From assembly GCA_963841935.1 (NCBI GenBank), contig CAWJEP010000005.1, forward strand, positions 164,003 through 228,002: DNA of 64,000 bases. The letters run 5' to 3'. A program made the translations under genes and the position numbers. Under the pieces are notes generated by a model. That model made no database searches, was not told the DNA's origin, and saw only the letters and a list, made by a program, of their open reading frames with translations. Shown here one piece after another: positions 9,386 through 19,147 of the stretch. Source of the stretch: an uncultured bacterium. Lineage in GTDB: Bacteria; Patescibacteriota; Minisyncoccia; Phycocordibacterales; UBA6065. Positions within the stretch are counted from its first letter, which is position 1. Each line of letters opens with the position of its first letter.

Positions 9386-10300
9386 TTAGAGCCAATCTTT
9401 TTTGGCGAAATACACGAGCATGGAAATGCCGATGATGGCGAGTCCGCCGAGGAGAACCCAGAAATCGTTCGGGGCGCCGAGAGCCGAGCGGGCGATATTG
9501 TCCACGGCGAAAAGTCCGAGGAATATTTGCATCACCGCGGTGATGAAAAGAATGACGGTCAAGACCTTGATGATTTCGTTTTGCTTGTTGGAGAGGAGCG
9601 AGTCGTTGGTGTCGCGCAGTTCGTCGAGAGACTCGGTATAGCCGGCGGCGAGCCGAGAGACTTGAGAATATTCTTTTTGAATCAGTCCCATTTCGTATTC
9701 ATATCCCTTGCCGAAAAAATGCACCGACGCGGCGTGGTAAGCCGAAAGTATGTCATCCTGCAAACCCATAGCTTCGCGAAAAGTGATGAGCTCGCGAGAA
9801 AGTTTCGAAAGTTCGCGCACCATTTCGCGCTCGCGCCCCGCGAACATTTTCTCCTCGATGTCCCCTAGCATATCGCGGGCGGTCGATAGCTCGTCACGCA
9901 GAGACTGATAGATTTCTCGCATCATAAAATAGAAAACGCTGCCGGCGTGCATAACCTCGGTCGCTCTCTTGTTCAAGACTTCGAAAACTTCGAATTTCTT
10001 GGCGAATTTGTGCAAAGCGTCCACCGAATCGTATCTGGCGGTGATGATGAAATCGCGGCCGATAATAAAGTCTATTTCCTGGATTTTACCGCTGTGAGTG
10101 TGTTTCCAAGCGGGAAAATGGAGGACGAGATAAATATACGAGGAATATTTCTCGAGCATTTGGTCGGGAGAAGGGAATAGTAGCTCTTCCGCGACGGCCG
10201 GCTCTATGCCGTAAGTGCTGATGATGAGGCGAATGTCCTCCGGACGCGGTGATTCCATGTCGACCCAAGTGATGTTCTTGTAGCGATAGGTGCGTATCAT
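9386..10300 (-). CDS. CorA/ZntB-family divalent cation transporter-like protein (no GMN motif; 'AVDN' in the loop instead)
   Basis: Cytoplasmic N-domain, two C-terminal TM helices and a C-terminal '...KKDWL' tail as in CorA. Start is the ATG at 10300. Confidence 0.5.
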   Translation of the reverse strand: MIRTYRYKNITWVDMESPRPEDIRLIISTYGIEPAVAEELLFPSPDQMLEKYSSYIYLVLHFPAWKHTHSGKIQEIDFIIGRDFIITARYDSVDALHKFAKKFEVFEVLNKRATEVMHAGSVFYFMMREIYQSLRDELSTARDMLGDIEEKMFAGREREMVRELSKLSRELITFREAMGLQDDILSAYHAASVHFFGKGYEYEMGLIQKEYSQVSRLAAGYTESLDELRDTNDSLLSNKQNEIIKVLTVILFITAVMQIFLGLFAVDNIARSALGAPNDFWVLLGGLAIIGISMLVYFAKKDWL

Positions 10301-10372
10301 GGGAATTATTCTACCACACCGAAAAATCGGCATATCGTTGCGCGAGTGGAAAGCTTTTGCGATAATCATTTT

Positions 10373-11650
10373 ATGGAAGAAGGAAAAAACTCCCGGACGA
10401 AAACAAGTCTCGCCATAGTCATCGTCGTGTTATTGGCTTTCGTCGCGGGATACTTTACCGCGAAATCTTCGAATGAAGTCGGGCCGAGTCCCGAGCTTTC
10501 AAACGCCACAACGAGCGAGCCCTCAAGCGTGGACTTTTCTCCTTTTTGGAAAGCTTGGAATGTCTTAAACACCAACTATGTCGACGCCACCACGAGCGCT
10601 TCGACGACTCAAAACGAAGTTTGGGGAGCGATCCAAGGAATGACAGCGTCACTCGGAGACCCTTACACCGTATTTTTCCCGCCGACCGAAAATCAAGATT
10701 TTAACGACGAAATCAGCGGGAGTTTCGGCGGCGTCGGCATGGAGATGGGCGTGCAAAAGGGCGATATTGTCATCATCGCCGCGTTAAAAGGCACGCCCGC
10801 CGACTTGGCCGGAGTTAAATCCGGAGATATTCTGGTGGGAGTCAACGGGCAAGACGCGACGACGATGACGCTCGACCAAGTCATCAACATCATTCGCGGC
10901 AATCCGGGCACGACCGTGACCATAAGCGTCGAGAGACATGGCGTCGCCGCTCCGATAAACTTCACACTCACGCGCGCGACCATAAACGTGCCGACCATCG
11001 AGACGAGCACCGCTCAATCTTCCATAAGCACCATAAGCACGACGACTCTCTCCACTTTGTCGAATGACCGTATTTATCTCATCGCCCTTTACACTTTCAC
11101 CTCCGACGCGGCAAATCTCTTCCGAAACGCTCTCAAACAATTCGCCGCGTCGGGCGACCACAAACTCATCATCGACCTGCGCGGGAATCCCGGCGGCTAT
11201 CTCGACGCCGCCGTCGACATGGCGAGCTGGTTTCTCCCGTCATCCGACATTGTAGTGAAAGAACAATATGCCGACGGCCAAGAAGATATATATCAAAGCA
11301 AGGGCTACGACGTCTTCGACAACGGCAACACCGAAATAGTCATCCTCGTCGACGGCGGTTCGGCATCGGCATCGGAAATATTTTCCGCCGCTTTACATGA
11401 TTATCACAAGGCAACTCTCGTCGGCGAGAAAACTTTCGGCAAGGGCTCTGTCCAAGAACTTTTTCCGATTACTCCCGATACTTCGCTCAAAGTGACCATC
11501 GCTAAATGGCTCACGCCCGACGGCGTTTCAATTTCCGAAAAAGGCATCACGCCCGACTATGTCGTCGCGGCCACTTCCACTCCGGTCATTAGCGGCGTCA
11601 GCGACCCGCAAATGGCGAAAGCCATAAGTCTCCTCGAAGCGCAAAACTAA
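10373..11650 (+). CDS. ctpA: Carboxyl-terminal processing protease (peptidase S41) with PDZ domain
   Basis: N-terminal TM anchor, a PDZ domain ('GDIVIIAALKGTPADLAGVKSGDILVGVNG') and the S41 catalytic region ('LIIDLRGNPGG...SASASEIF'). Confidence 0.85.
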   Translation: MEEGKNSRTKTSLAIVIVVLLAFVAGYFTAKSSNEVGPSPELSNATTSEPSSVDFSPFWKAWNVLNTNYVDATTSASTTQNEVWGAIQGMTASLGDPYTVFFPPTENQDFNDEISGSFGGVGMEMGVQKGDIVIIAALKGTPADLAGVKSGDILVGVNGQDATTMTLDQVINIIRGNPGTTVTISVERHGVAAPINFTLTRATINVPTIETSTAQSSISTISTTTLSTLSNDRIYLIALYTFTSDAANLFRNALKQFAASGDHKLIIDLRGNPGGYLDAAVDMASWFLPSSDIVVKEQYADGQEDIYQSKGYDVFDNGNTEIVILVDGGSASASEIFSAALHDYHKATLVGEKTFGKGSVQELFPITPDTSLKVTIAKWLTPDGVSISEKGITPDYVVAATSTPVISGVSDPQMAKAISLLEAQN

Positions 11651-11710
11651 TTAGTCCGCCGACGAGGCGGATTGGAAAAAACAACACCTCTGTGTTAGAC
11701 TGAAAAACCT

Positions 11711-12154
11711 ATGAAAGTAGCACTGCTAAAAGATGTTCCGGGTTTGGGCAAGAAAAATGACATAAAAGATGTCTCCGACGGCTACGCCCTAAACCTTCTC
11801 ATCCCGCGCCGCCTAGCGGAAGCGGCAACGACCGGTGTCATATCCCGCATCGAAATCGCCAAGAAATCGGAAGAGGCGGAGAAACTCATCAAAGAAGACT
11901 TGCTCGGCAAAAATCTCCACACGATAGACGGCAAGACTGTGGAAATAGAAGCCGAAGCGAACGAAAAAGGAAGTCTCTTTGCCGGTATTCACAAAGACGA
12001 GATAGTAAAAGCGGTCAAAGAAGAAATCGATGTCGACCTCCTCCCTGATTTCATCGTTCTCGACAAAGCCATAAAAGAAGTTGGCGAACACAAAATCGAA
12101 CTCAAAGTCCACGGCAAATCGGCGGCGTTTACGCTGAATATTGAGAAGAAGTAA
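11711..12154 (+). CDS. rplI: 50S ribosomal protein L9 (bL9)
   Basis: 'MKVALLKDVPGLGKKNDIKDVSDGYALNLLIP' matches bL9. Confidence 0.88.
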   Translation: MKVALLKDVPGLGKKNDIKDVSDGYALNLLIPRRLAEAATTGVISRIEIAKKSEEAEKLIKEDLLGKNLHTIDGKTVEIEAEANEKGSLFAGIHKDEIVKAVKEEIDVDLLPDFIVLDKAIKEVGEHKIELKVHGKSAAFTLNIEKK

Positions 12155-12165
12155 GTACTCTGTTT

Positions 12166-12846
12166 ATGAAATTAAACATCAAAAAACTCTTAGATTTTTT
12201 TGATGATAAAGAGGATTCTCAAAAAGGAGATGCAAATGCTTTTATGGCAATGTTTGGTGAGGATTTAAATGCTTCGGCATATGAACATTTTAGAAAAAAC
12301 AAGGTAACAATTCTTAATAGTTCAGTCCTCACCGGTACCGGTAAAGGTAAAATGCTGGATAGGTGGATATTAGACAATGGGAAATTATATCAATGTGAAA
12401 TTAAAAATTGGGCTGCAGGTGCCATTGGAGGTAAGAGGTTAAAATCTATTCCAAGCGATGATAAAAGAAAAGAGGTTGTTAAATATTATTGGGAACGCGA
12501 GTTAAAAGATAATTTCTCAAGTAAAACAAAACATCCGACCGGTGTTTCTAAGGTGTTACTTGAAATGAAACCACCAGGAGATTATAAAAAATTTAAAATC
12601 GAACCGTTACTTATATACTGGATGCCAATTTCTTCTGATAAAAAAGGACTAAACCCGTTGTCCGTCCTTTCTATAAAACCTCTGAAGTTAAAGATAGAAA
12701 CTAAATTTTCAAAAATTCATATCTTTTCCGTATCTCTATATCTTCGTCAGCTATACAAAAAAAGTAGGGGACAAAAAATCATCGACCTATATATGCCGCA
12801 CTTTGAACACAGAATGAAAATATTACGTGCCTTTCAAAAGAAATGA
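12166..12846 (+). CDS. Hypothetical protein, strongly AT-rich (likely horizontally acquired); possible PD-(D/E)xK-like motif 'WILD...CEIK'
   Basis: GC is about 25-33%, against about 50% in the flanking ribosomal genes. It is wedged between rplI and rpmA. No family recognised. Confidence 0.45.
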   Translation: MKLNIKKLLDFFDDKEDSQKGDANAFMAMFGEDLNASAYEHFRKNKVTILNSSVLTGTGKGKMLDRWILDNGKLYQCEIKNWAAGAIGGKRLKSIPSDDKRKEVVKYYWERELKDNFSSKTKHPTGVSKVLLEMKPPGDYKKFKIEPLLIYWMPISSDKKGLNPLSVLSIKPLKLKIETKFSKIHIFSVSLYLRQLYKKSRGQKIIDLYMPHFEHRMKILRAFQKK

Positions 12847-12861
12847 TGCAGAGCGGTTTTT

Positions 12862-13134
12862 TTATTTCACGCTGACGATGTTTTTTATTTTCGTCTTGTT
12901 GTTGAAACCGAGTTTGCGTTTCGTGGAGAAAGAAACGATGCCAGGCTTTGCGGCATAGATAGTAAAGTCGCGGCCGAGAGAAGTGTTTTTGCCCGCGAGA
13001 GTGTTGAGACCTTCTTGGCGGATGATGATAGAGCCGACTTTCGCCGTTTCACCAGCGTAAAGCTTCACGCCTAGGTAGCGTGGGTTGCTGTCTCGTCCGT
13101 TTTTGACTGTTCCGCCGGCTTTTTTAGTTGCCAT
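12862..13134 (-). CDS. rpmA: 50S ribosomal protein L27 (bL27)
   Basis: 'ATKKAGGTVKNGRDSNPRYLGVK' matches bL27. Confidence 0.88.
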   Translation of the reverse strand: MATKKAGGTVKNGRDSNPRYLGVKLYAGETAKVGSIIIRQEGLNTLAGKNTSLGRDFTIYAAKPGIVSFSTKRKLGFNNKTKIKNIVSVK

Positions 13135-13155
13135 ATTCGTTTATAATTAAGCTCT

Positions 13156-13518
13156 ATGAGATTAACTGAAAGCTTGGAAAAAATCAAGTCTTTGGCGCTG
13201 TTACTCACCAGAAAGGACATTTATGTTGCTCTCATCATAATCCTCGTGGGAATTGCGTCTTTTTGCCTCGGAGCGTTGTGGCAAAAAGACGCGAGCCGTC
13301 CCGATATTACCATTCAAAACGCCGCTTCGGCCGATTTGGCGGCAGGCGAGGAGGGAAGCACTACCGACGCTTATGTCGGCTCTTATACGAGCAAAATCTA
13401 TCGTTTAAAGACCTGTCCGGGAGTCAGCGCGATAAACCCTCAAAACGAGGTCTTTTTCGCGACCAAAGACGACGCCGAGGCGGCCGGATATATAGCGGCC
13501 AAAAACTGCAAGATGTAA
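13156..13518 (+). CDS. Small membrane-anchored protein with a C-terminal Cys-containing motif (Y-R-L-K-T-C-P ... AGYIAAKNC)
   Basis: An N-terminal TM helix and a conserved-looking C-terminal module. The function cannot be assigned from sequence alone. Confidence 0.4.
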   Translation: MRLTESLEKIKSLALLLTRKDIYVALIIILVGIASFCLGALWQKDASRPDITIQNAASADLAAGEEGSTTDAYVGSYTSKIYRLKTCPGVSAINPQNEVFFATKDDAEAAGYIAAKNCKM

Positions 13519-13606
13519 AAAATGGCTTGAAATCGAGGTATTGACGACTATTCGATTTCATTACCAAATATTGACAAAAAAGAGCCCATATGATAAGCTT
13601 GGCGTA

Positions 13607-13637
13607 GCCAGAGCGAGCCTCTGGTCTTTCTTTTTCT
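13607..13637 (+). terminator. Putative intrinsic terminator hairpin (gccagag-cgagc-ctctgg followed by a U-run)
   Basis: A 6-7 bp GC stem, 5-nt loop and a tctttctttttct tail lie 90 nt downstream of ORF 13156-13518. Confidence 0.4.
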
Positions 13638-13703
13638 AAAAACTTTTCTCTCAAAGACGCAAGTCGACAGGGAATATTCTTAGAAAAATCCTTCTTTGAA
13701 ATT

Positions 13704-14183
13704 ATGATCGGTCTTACAACGGGACTCTTTATGTTGGCCACGGCAGCAATGCCGATGACCTTGGACGCTTCGACTATTGCAGGAGCATCGACAACCATAC
13801 AGAGCCCCACTTCAACTGACTCGAAATCATCGACAACGACTCCTCAAATCGCTTTGCAAGATTTCAAGACTCTCGAAGCGTATGTCCGAGCGTATTTCAA
13901 AAATACGCCGGAGCTCGCAGAGATCGCGAAATGTGAATCAAACTTCAGACAATATGATGACAAGGGTGCCATCCTAAAGGGAACAGTGGACAAGGACGAC
14001 ATCGGCATCATGCAAATCAACAAGTATTACAACGGAGACAACGCCGAGAAACTCGGCTACGATATTTACACCATAAAAGGCAACCTCGCTTACGCGAAAG
14101 TCCTCTACGATAAATTCGGAACCGACCCGTGGCAAAGTTCGCAGAAGTGTTGGGAAAGCAAAGTTGTTGCGATGAAGCAATAA
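13704..14183 (+). CDS. Secreted lytic transglycosylase-like (lysozyme-like/SLT-type) protein
   Basis: Signal peptide. 'AKCESNF...GDIGIMQINKYY...YAKVLY' resembles the catalytic motifs of transglycosylase/SLT domains. Confidence 0.5.
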   Translation: MIGLTTGLFMLATAAMPMTLDASTIAGASTTIQSPTSTDSKSSTTTPQIALQDFKTLEAYVRAYFKNTPELAEIAKCESNFRQYDDKGAILKGTVDKDDIGIMQINKYYNGDNAEKLGYDIYTIKGNLAYAKVLYDKFGTDPWQSSQKCWESKVVAMKQ

Positions 14184-14187
14184 AAAC

Positions 14188-14218
14188 AAAAAGCCCCGCC
14201 TCATCGGCGGGGCTTTTT
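14188..14218. terminator. Bidirectional rho-independent terminator (aaaaagccccgcc-tcatc-ggcggggcttttt)
   Basis: A perfect 8-bp GC stem with an A-run and a T-run on either side. It lies between convergent genes 13704-14183(+) and 14308-14595(-). Confidence 0.8.
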
Positions 14219-14307
14219 GTTGTGAGGGGATAGAGGGAGCTATATTATATGTATGTCGCACAATGTATGTTTTGGGTAGTATAAGTCTAATCGCTTTTGG
14301 GTAGCTT

Positions 14308-14595
14308 CTAAATCGCCTGTGGAGACACTTGCTGAATGTTCGGCGTGTTGTTATTTACCTTTATGTTTTGTATGCCCTGGGTAAAAGCGTTCCAGAGGGT
14401 CTGACCTACCGTGTTCCAAATGTAGTTAAACGGCGCGGAGAGATAGTTGTTCCAGACGTAGGTAGCGCCGTTTAGAACATATGAGATGTTGCTTTGGCCC
14501 GTCGGCGAATTTACGACTTGCTGAATGTTAATGCCGAAATAACTCAATACGAGAATAAGTATTATGAAAATTATAATCCATTTAATCATGAGCAA
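14308..14595 (-). CDS. Small N-rich membrane-anchored hypothetical protein (AT-rich)
   Basis: N-terminal TM helix, low GC, no recognisable family. Confidence 0.35.
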   Translation of the reverse strand: MLMIKWIIIFIILILVLSYFGINIQQVVNSPTGQSNISYVLNGATYVWNNYLSAPFNYIWNTVGQTLWNAFTQGIQNIKVNNNTPNIQQVSPQAI

Positions 14596-14628
14596 AGTAT
14601 ATCAAAATCCGGACTTAAACTTTCGGGC

Positions 14629-15954
14629 TTATACACACAACTTGACAGCACGCTCAATTCGTGAGATTGCTGTTTTCTTTCCCAAAATAGAGCAAAGCGT
14701 AAAAGGGTCCGGAGATTTGTCTTTGCCCGATAGCGCGAACCGTAGAGCCCAAAGCACCGGTCCGCGGCCTTCTTTCTCCGAATAAGGCCAGATGACGACT
14801 TTAACCTTTTCAGCGGTAAAATCTTTGTCCGAGACTTTTTCCAGTAATGCCGCGACGGCGGTCAAATGTTTTTTCACGGCGGATAAATCCCCTTCACCTT
14901 TCCAAAGGAGTTTCTCCGGAGAGAATTTCGGCTCTTCGAAATAAAAATCAAATTCGCCTTTCTTCGCCATATCGGCAATGTCGCCGAAAGTTTCAACGCG
15001 CTCGATAATATTCGGCGTGATGCGTTTGACCATATCGTCGCTTTTACCGAGCCATTTCGCCACTTCCCTCTCCTCCTCCTTCAGGGGCATTTTTTTTATA
15101 TGCTCTTTGTTGACCCAGCGAAGTTTTTCTTCGGAAAAAATGGCGCCGGATTTCTGCACGCGTTCGAGAGAAAAAACTTTTATAAGTTCTTCTTTGGAAA
15201 ATATTTCCTGCTCGGTTCCCGGATTCCAACCGACGAGCGCCATGTAGTTAATAAGGGCTTCGGGCAGAAATCCGGCGTCGCGATATTCCGTCATAGCTTT
15301 GGCACCTCGGCGCTTGGAAAGTTTGGAACGGTCGGCGGCGAGGACCAGAGGCAAATGAGCATACTGTGGGATTTTCTCGCCCAAAGCTTCGTAGAGAAGA
15401 ATGTGGCGCGGCGTATTTGAGATATGGTCCTCGCCGCGAATGACGTGCGTGACGCCGGAATACGCGTCGTCAACGACAACCGCGAGGTGGAATACCGGCT
15501 CATCGAGCGATTTCGCCACGACAAAATCGCCAAGTTCCGTGGTGTCAAACTCCACTTTGCCTCGGATGATGTCGTCCCAAGCGACTTTCCTGTTGGGATT
15601 TTTAAATCTGATGACTTCGGCTCGGTCGCCTTCTTTTTGGATTTTTTCCTTAGAAACGTAAGCTTTGCCTTCGGCGATGAGTTTCTCCAGAGCTTTTTTA
15701 TGCGCGGCACTACGACTCGATTGTCGATACATTTCGTCGTATTCGAGGCCAAGCCACTTTAGACTTTCAATAATGTTTTCCTCGTATTTTTTTTTGGAAC
15801 GAAGAGTGTCCGTGTCTTCAATGCGTAAAATAAATTTCCCGCCTTTTTGTCTGGCGAAAAGATACGAGAAAACGGCCGTTCGATAACTTCCCGCGTGAAA
15901 AAGCCCCGTCGGAGACGGCGCGAAACGTGTGACGATGTTTTTCTTGGTTTCCAT
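14629..15954 (-). CDS. gltX: Glutamyl-tRNA synthetase
   Basis: 'APSPTGLFHAGSYRTAVFSYLFAR' (HIGH-type) and 'KLSKRRGA' (KMSKS-type) motifs. Confidence 0.88.
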   Translation of the reverse strand: METKKNIVTRFAPSPTGLFHAGSYRTAVFSYLFARQKGGKFILRIEDTDTLRSKKKYEENIIESLKWLGLEYDEMYRQSSRSAAHKKALEKLIAEGKAYVSKEKIQKEGDRAEVIRFKNPNRKVAWDDIIRGKVEFDTTELGDFVVAKSLDEPVFHLAVVVDDAYSGVTHVIRGEDHISNTPRHILLYEALGEKIPQYAHLPLVLAADRSKLSKRRGAKAMTEYRDAGFLPEALINYMALVGWNPGTEQEIFSKEELIKVFSLERVQKSGAIFSEEKLRWVNKEHIKKMPLKEEEREVAKWLGKSDDMVKRITPNIIERVETFGDIADMAKKGEFDFYFEEPKFSPEKLLWKGEGDLSAVKKHLTAVAALLEKVSDKDFTAEKVKVVIWPYSEKEGRGPVLWALRFALSGKDKSPDPFTLCSILGKKTAISRIERAVKLCV

Positions 15955-17082
15955 TTATGATTCGTGAGCGAGCGCGATGTTGATGATTTCTCTGGCGATT
16001 TTATCGGCGGCGTCGCGAGTGGCGAAAGTTTTCGTCGCCGCCGCCATTTTCGAAGAAATCGCGGGATTTTCCAAAATACGCCTGACCTCGGCGAGGAGAA
16101 CGTGCGGCGTGAGATTTACTTCTTCGATGACCGAGCAAGCTCCCGTGGCGGCGTAAGCGAAAGCGTTTGACGTCTGGTCGTGGCTGACTTCTTCAGAAAT
16201 CGGAATGATGATGGAAGGTTTTTTCCACAAAGCGATTTCGAATATGGACGAGCCGCCGCGCGATATGACGAGAGATGACGCGCCGGCGGCCATTCGAAGC
16301 GCGACGATGTTTAGATATGAAAGCGGCTTGTAACGATTTCTAAACGGATTATCTTTGAGAACCACGGCGACTGTGGATACGACAGCGTCGTAATTGGTCT
16401 TGCCGGTCTGATGAATGACCGAGTAATTTTCGACAAGTTCCGGCAAGATGTCTATGATACTTTCATTTATTTTCTGCGAGCCCTGAGAACCTCCAAGAAC
16501 AAATATTACGGGAGAAGACGCTTCGAGTCCGAAAAACTTCCAGGGCTCCGTCGTAATCGGGTCCATGATTTCCGGCCTGACGGGATTGCCCGTGTGGGCT
16601 ACTTTGTCTTTTGGAAAATACTCGGCCGCCGATTCATAAGACACGGCGATACGCTTGGCGAATTTTCCCGCCCATTCGTTCACTTTGCCCGGCTTGGAGT
16701 CCGACTCGTGGATGACGACGGGAATGCGCAAAAGTCGCGCGGCAAGTAGCGGCGGAAAGCTGGCATAACCGCCTTTACCGAAGACAACATCCGGATATAT
16801 GGACCAGACGGCGACGACGGCCTTGACCACGCCTATGCCCGTCTTGAAATAATCAAAAATATTTTTAAAAGAAAAATATCTGCGTATCTTGCCGGCGTAA
16901 GAACGTCTAAAAACTATACCGTTTTCAAAAAGCAGACGTTCGTCGTAAGGCGACGGCGCCATGTAATAAATCTGGGCGTCTATAAATCTCTCGGCCTTGA
17001 CTATTTTTTTCAGCGATTCCGCCACGGCTATTATGGGGTAGAAATGACCGCCCGTTCCCCCGCCGGCAAGCAATATTTTCAT
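15955..17082 (-). CDS. murG: Undecaprenyl-PP-MurNAc-pentapeptide-UDPGlcNAc GlcNAc transferase
   Basis: 'MKILLAGGGTGGHFYPIIAV' GT28 N-terminus. It is adjacent to ftsW. Confidence 0.88.
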   Translation of the reverse strand: MKILLAGGGTGGHFYPIIAVAESLKKIVKAERFIDAQIYYMAPSPYDERLLFENGIVFRRSYAGKIRRYFSFKNIFDYFKTGIGVVKAVVAVWSIYPDVVFGKGGYASFPPLLAARLLRIPVVIHESDSKPGKVNEWAGKFAKRIAVSYESAAEYFPKDKVAHTGNPVRPEIMDPITTEPWKFFGLEASSPVIFVLGGSQGSQKINESIIDILPELVENYSVIHQTGKTNYDAVVSTVAVVLKDNPFRNRYKPLSYLNIVALRMAAGASSLVISRGGSSIFEIALWKKPSIIIPISEEVSHDQTSNAFAYAATGACSVIEEVNLTPHVLLAEVRRILENPAISSKMAAATKTFATRDAADKIAREIINIALAHES

Positions 17083-17095
17083 GGAGAAAATTATA

Positions 17096-18199
17096 TCACA
17101 GGGCTTTCGAGGAACGAGAGATGTTGAAAATAATTCCCACTTCTATTAAAAGCAAGATAAGCGCCGTGCCGCCCTGCGAAACGAATGGGAGTGGAATGCC
17201 GGAAAGCGGTAGAAGCCCGATCATGGCGCCGATGTTGACGAACGCTTGAATGAAAATATAAGAAGCAATGCCGACGACCAGATATGAGCCGAAAGAATGG
17301 TCTACTGCGCGCGCGACTTTGAGAGCCCGCATGACAAAAAACATAAAAAGTCCGAGAAGGGCCACGGAGCCGACGAAACCGAATTCTTCGGCGGCGACGG
17401 CGAATATCGAATCGCCGACTGGCTCGGGTAGGTCGCCGAATTTTTGGATACTTTGGCCGAAACCTCTCCCCACCGCGCCGCCGGAACCGACGGCGATGAG
17501 AGATTGTTGTATTTGGTAGCTAGCCGTCAAAGAATTTTCCGACGGATTGAGATACGTCTCGATGCGTTGCATGACGTAAGGGCGAAGAAACGCAACGGAG
17601 CCGAGAAGGACCACGCCTATGACGATAAGCGTGGTTATGTGGGAAAGTTTTCCTCCGGCGGAAAAATACATGAAAAAAAGCGAAGCGGCAATGACGAAAA
17701 AAGTGTCGGTATCTTTTTGAAGCAGGCAGAGCGTGGCGACGATACCAATGATAATGACGGTCGGAAGAAGTCCGAGCCTCCAAGTCGCCACTTGGTCCTT
17801 GGCGGCGGAAAGCCACATAGCAAAGTATATTATCGAGGCGATTTTCAAAAATTCTGACGGCTGGAAAGAAAGCGCGCCAAGATTTAGCCAGCGTATGGCG
17901 CCGCCGTACTCGAGTCCCAAATGCGGAACAAAAAGCAAGAGGTTGAGAAACACGGCGGCAATAAAAATATACAAGGCAAAAGGACGGATTTTCTTGTAAT
18001 CAATCTTGGAAAAGACCCACATTAAAATCAGTCCGGGAATGAAAGCAAAAAATATTTGCTTTAGGGCTATGGAAGTGAAATACGAAGTGCCGCGCGAAAG
18101 AAATCCGAGCGCGGCCGAAAGAAAAATCAAAATCCCGACGGCGCAAAGTATCAAAGTCGAGACGAGAAGCTGTTTGTCTACGGAACCTTCGGTTCTCAT
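17096..18199 (-). CDS. ftsW: SEDS-family cell-division/peptidoglycan polymerase FtsW (RodA/FtsW family)
   Basis: A multi-TM SEDS protein in ftsW-murG synteny. Start is the ATG at 18199 (MRTEGS...). Confidence 0.8.
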   Translation of the reverse strand: MRTEGSVDKQLLVSTLILCAVGILIFLSAALGFLSRGTSYFTSIALKQIFFAFIPGLILMWVFSKIDYKKIRPFALYIFIAAVFLNLLLFVPHLGLEYGGAIRWLNLGALSFQPSEFLKIASIIYFAMWLSAAKDQVATWRLGLLPTVIIIGIVATLCLLQKDTDTFFVIAASLFFMYFSAGGKLSHITTLIVIGVVLLGSVAFLRPYVMQRIETYLNPSENSLTASYQIQQSLIAVGSGGAVGRGFGQSIQKFGDLPEPVGDSIFAVAAEEFGFVGSVALLGLFMFFVMRALKVARAVDHSFGSYLVVGIASYIFIQAFVNIGAMIGLLPLSGIPLPFVSQGGTALILLLIEVGIIFNISRSSKAL

Positions 18200-18218
18200 G
18201 CAAACATTGTAGCAAAAA

Positions 18219-19139
18219 TTATTCTTTTTGAGCTTCGGCTTGCATCGCGGCGGCGGCCAGTGCTTCCATGTCGGTAAATCTGCCGTCATAGGACGATCCG
18301 AGAACGACAAGGGCCACGGGATGCATGAGACCGGCATCGAGAATAACGGCGAGATTACCTCCGGCAAGGTCGGTATAACCAGTTTTTGAGCCGACAACCG
18401 ACGGAATATAAGGCAGGGCGTCGTCGGTGTTCGTCGCCACGTGGTTCACTAGATTCGAAGACAGGGTGATTTTTTCGTTTGTCGTGGCGGATAGAATCGA
18501 TGGAAAGTTTTTAAGAATATAGCCGACCAAATTCGCCACGTCTTTGGCCGAACCGTAGCCGCCGGAGGTCGTCGTGCTTTCATCCAGGCCGGAAGGATTG
18601 TAAAAATACATGTCGGAAAGGCCGAGCGCCTCCGCGGTATCGTTCATCTCCTGAACAAAAACGCTTTCAGGGTCGCTCGCCGAAGAAGTGGCGATGACAG
18701 AGCCCGCGACGTCGGCAATGGAGTCAATGCCGTCGTTCGACGACACAACTAGGGTAAAAGCCAAAAGATTTTTGAAACTCCAAACTTCTCCGGGGTCGAG
18801 CCCGTCGCTGTCTCCAGTCGTAATCGGAATATTGGTCTCCGGAGGAAGATATTTTTCCGCGACAACGGCGGAAACGAGCTTGGTAATGGACGCGAGCGGC
18901 AAGACTTCTTCGGCATTTTTGTCGAAAAGAATTCTGCCGGTGGATAAATCTAGGGCATAAGCCGCTTTGGCTTCTAGGTTTAAAGAAGCAAAAGGGTCAA
19001 CGAGCGGAGCCGCGCCCGCGGGCGCGGGCGCGGCGACGTAAGTTTTATGTGAAATGGAAATGGCCAAAGCGGCGACCAAAATCGCCAGAGCTGCGAGAGC
19101 TAGCGCTATATGCGCTTTTCTTTTTATCAAAAATTCCAT
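18219..19139 (-). CDS. D-alanyl-D-alanine carboxypeptidase (serine-type, PBP5-like)
   Basis: SxxK 'ASITK', SxN 'SSND' and KTG 'SKTG' motifs. N-terminal signal/anchor. Confidence 0.8.
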   Translation of the reverse strand: MEFLIKRKAHIALALAALAILVAALAISISHKTYVAAPAPAGAAPLVDPFASLNLEAKAAYALDLSTGRILFDKNAEEVLPLASITKLVSAVVAEKYLPPETNIPITTGDSDGLDPGEVWSFKNLLAFTLVVSSNDGIDSIADVAGSVIATSSASDPESVFVQEMNDTAEALGLSDMYFYNPSGLDESTTTSGGYGSAKDVANLVGYILKNFPSILSATTNEKITLSSNLVNHVATNTDDALPYIPSVVGSKTGYTDLAGGNLAVILDAGLMHPVALVVLGSSYDGRFTDMEALAAAAMQAEAQKE

Positions 19140-19147
19140 TTAAAAAA

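Noticed and set aside
13572-13600. Possible sigma70 promoter TTGACA-N17-TAAGCT upstream of the secreted transglycosylase gene
   Set aside because: The -10 hexamer is weak, and the site lies upstream of a terminator-like hairpin. It could equally be random AT-rich sequence.
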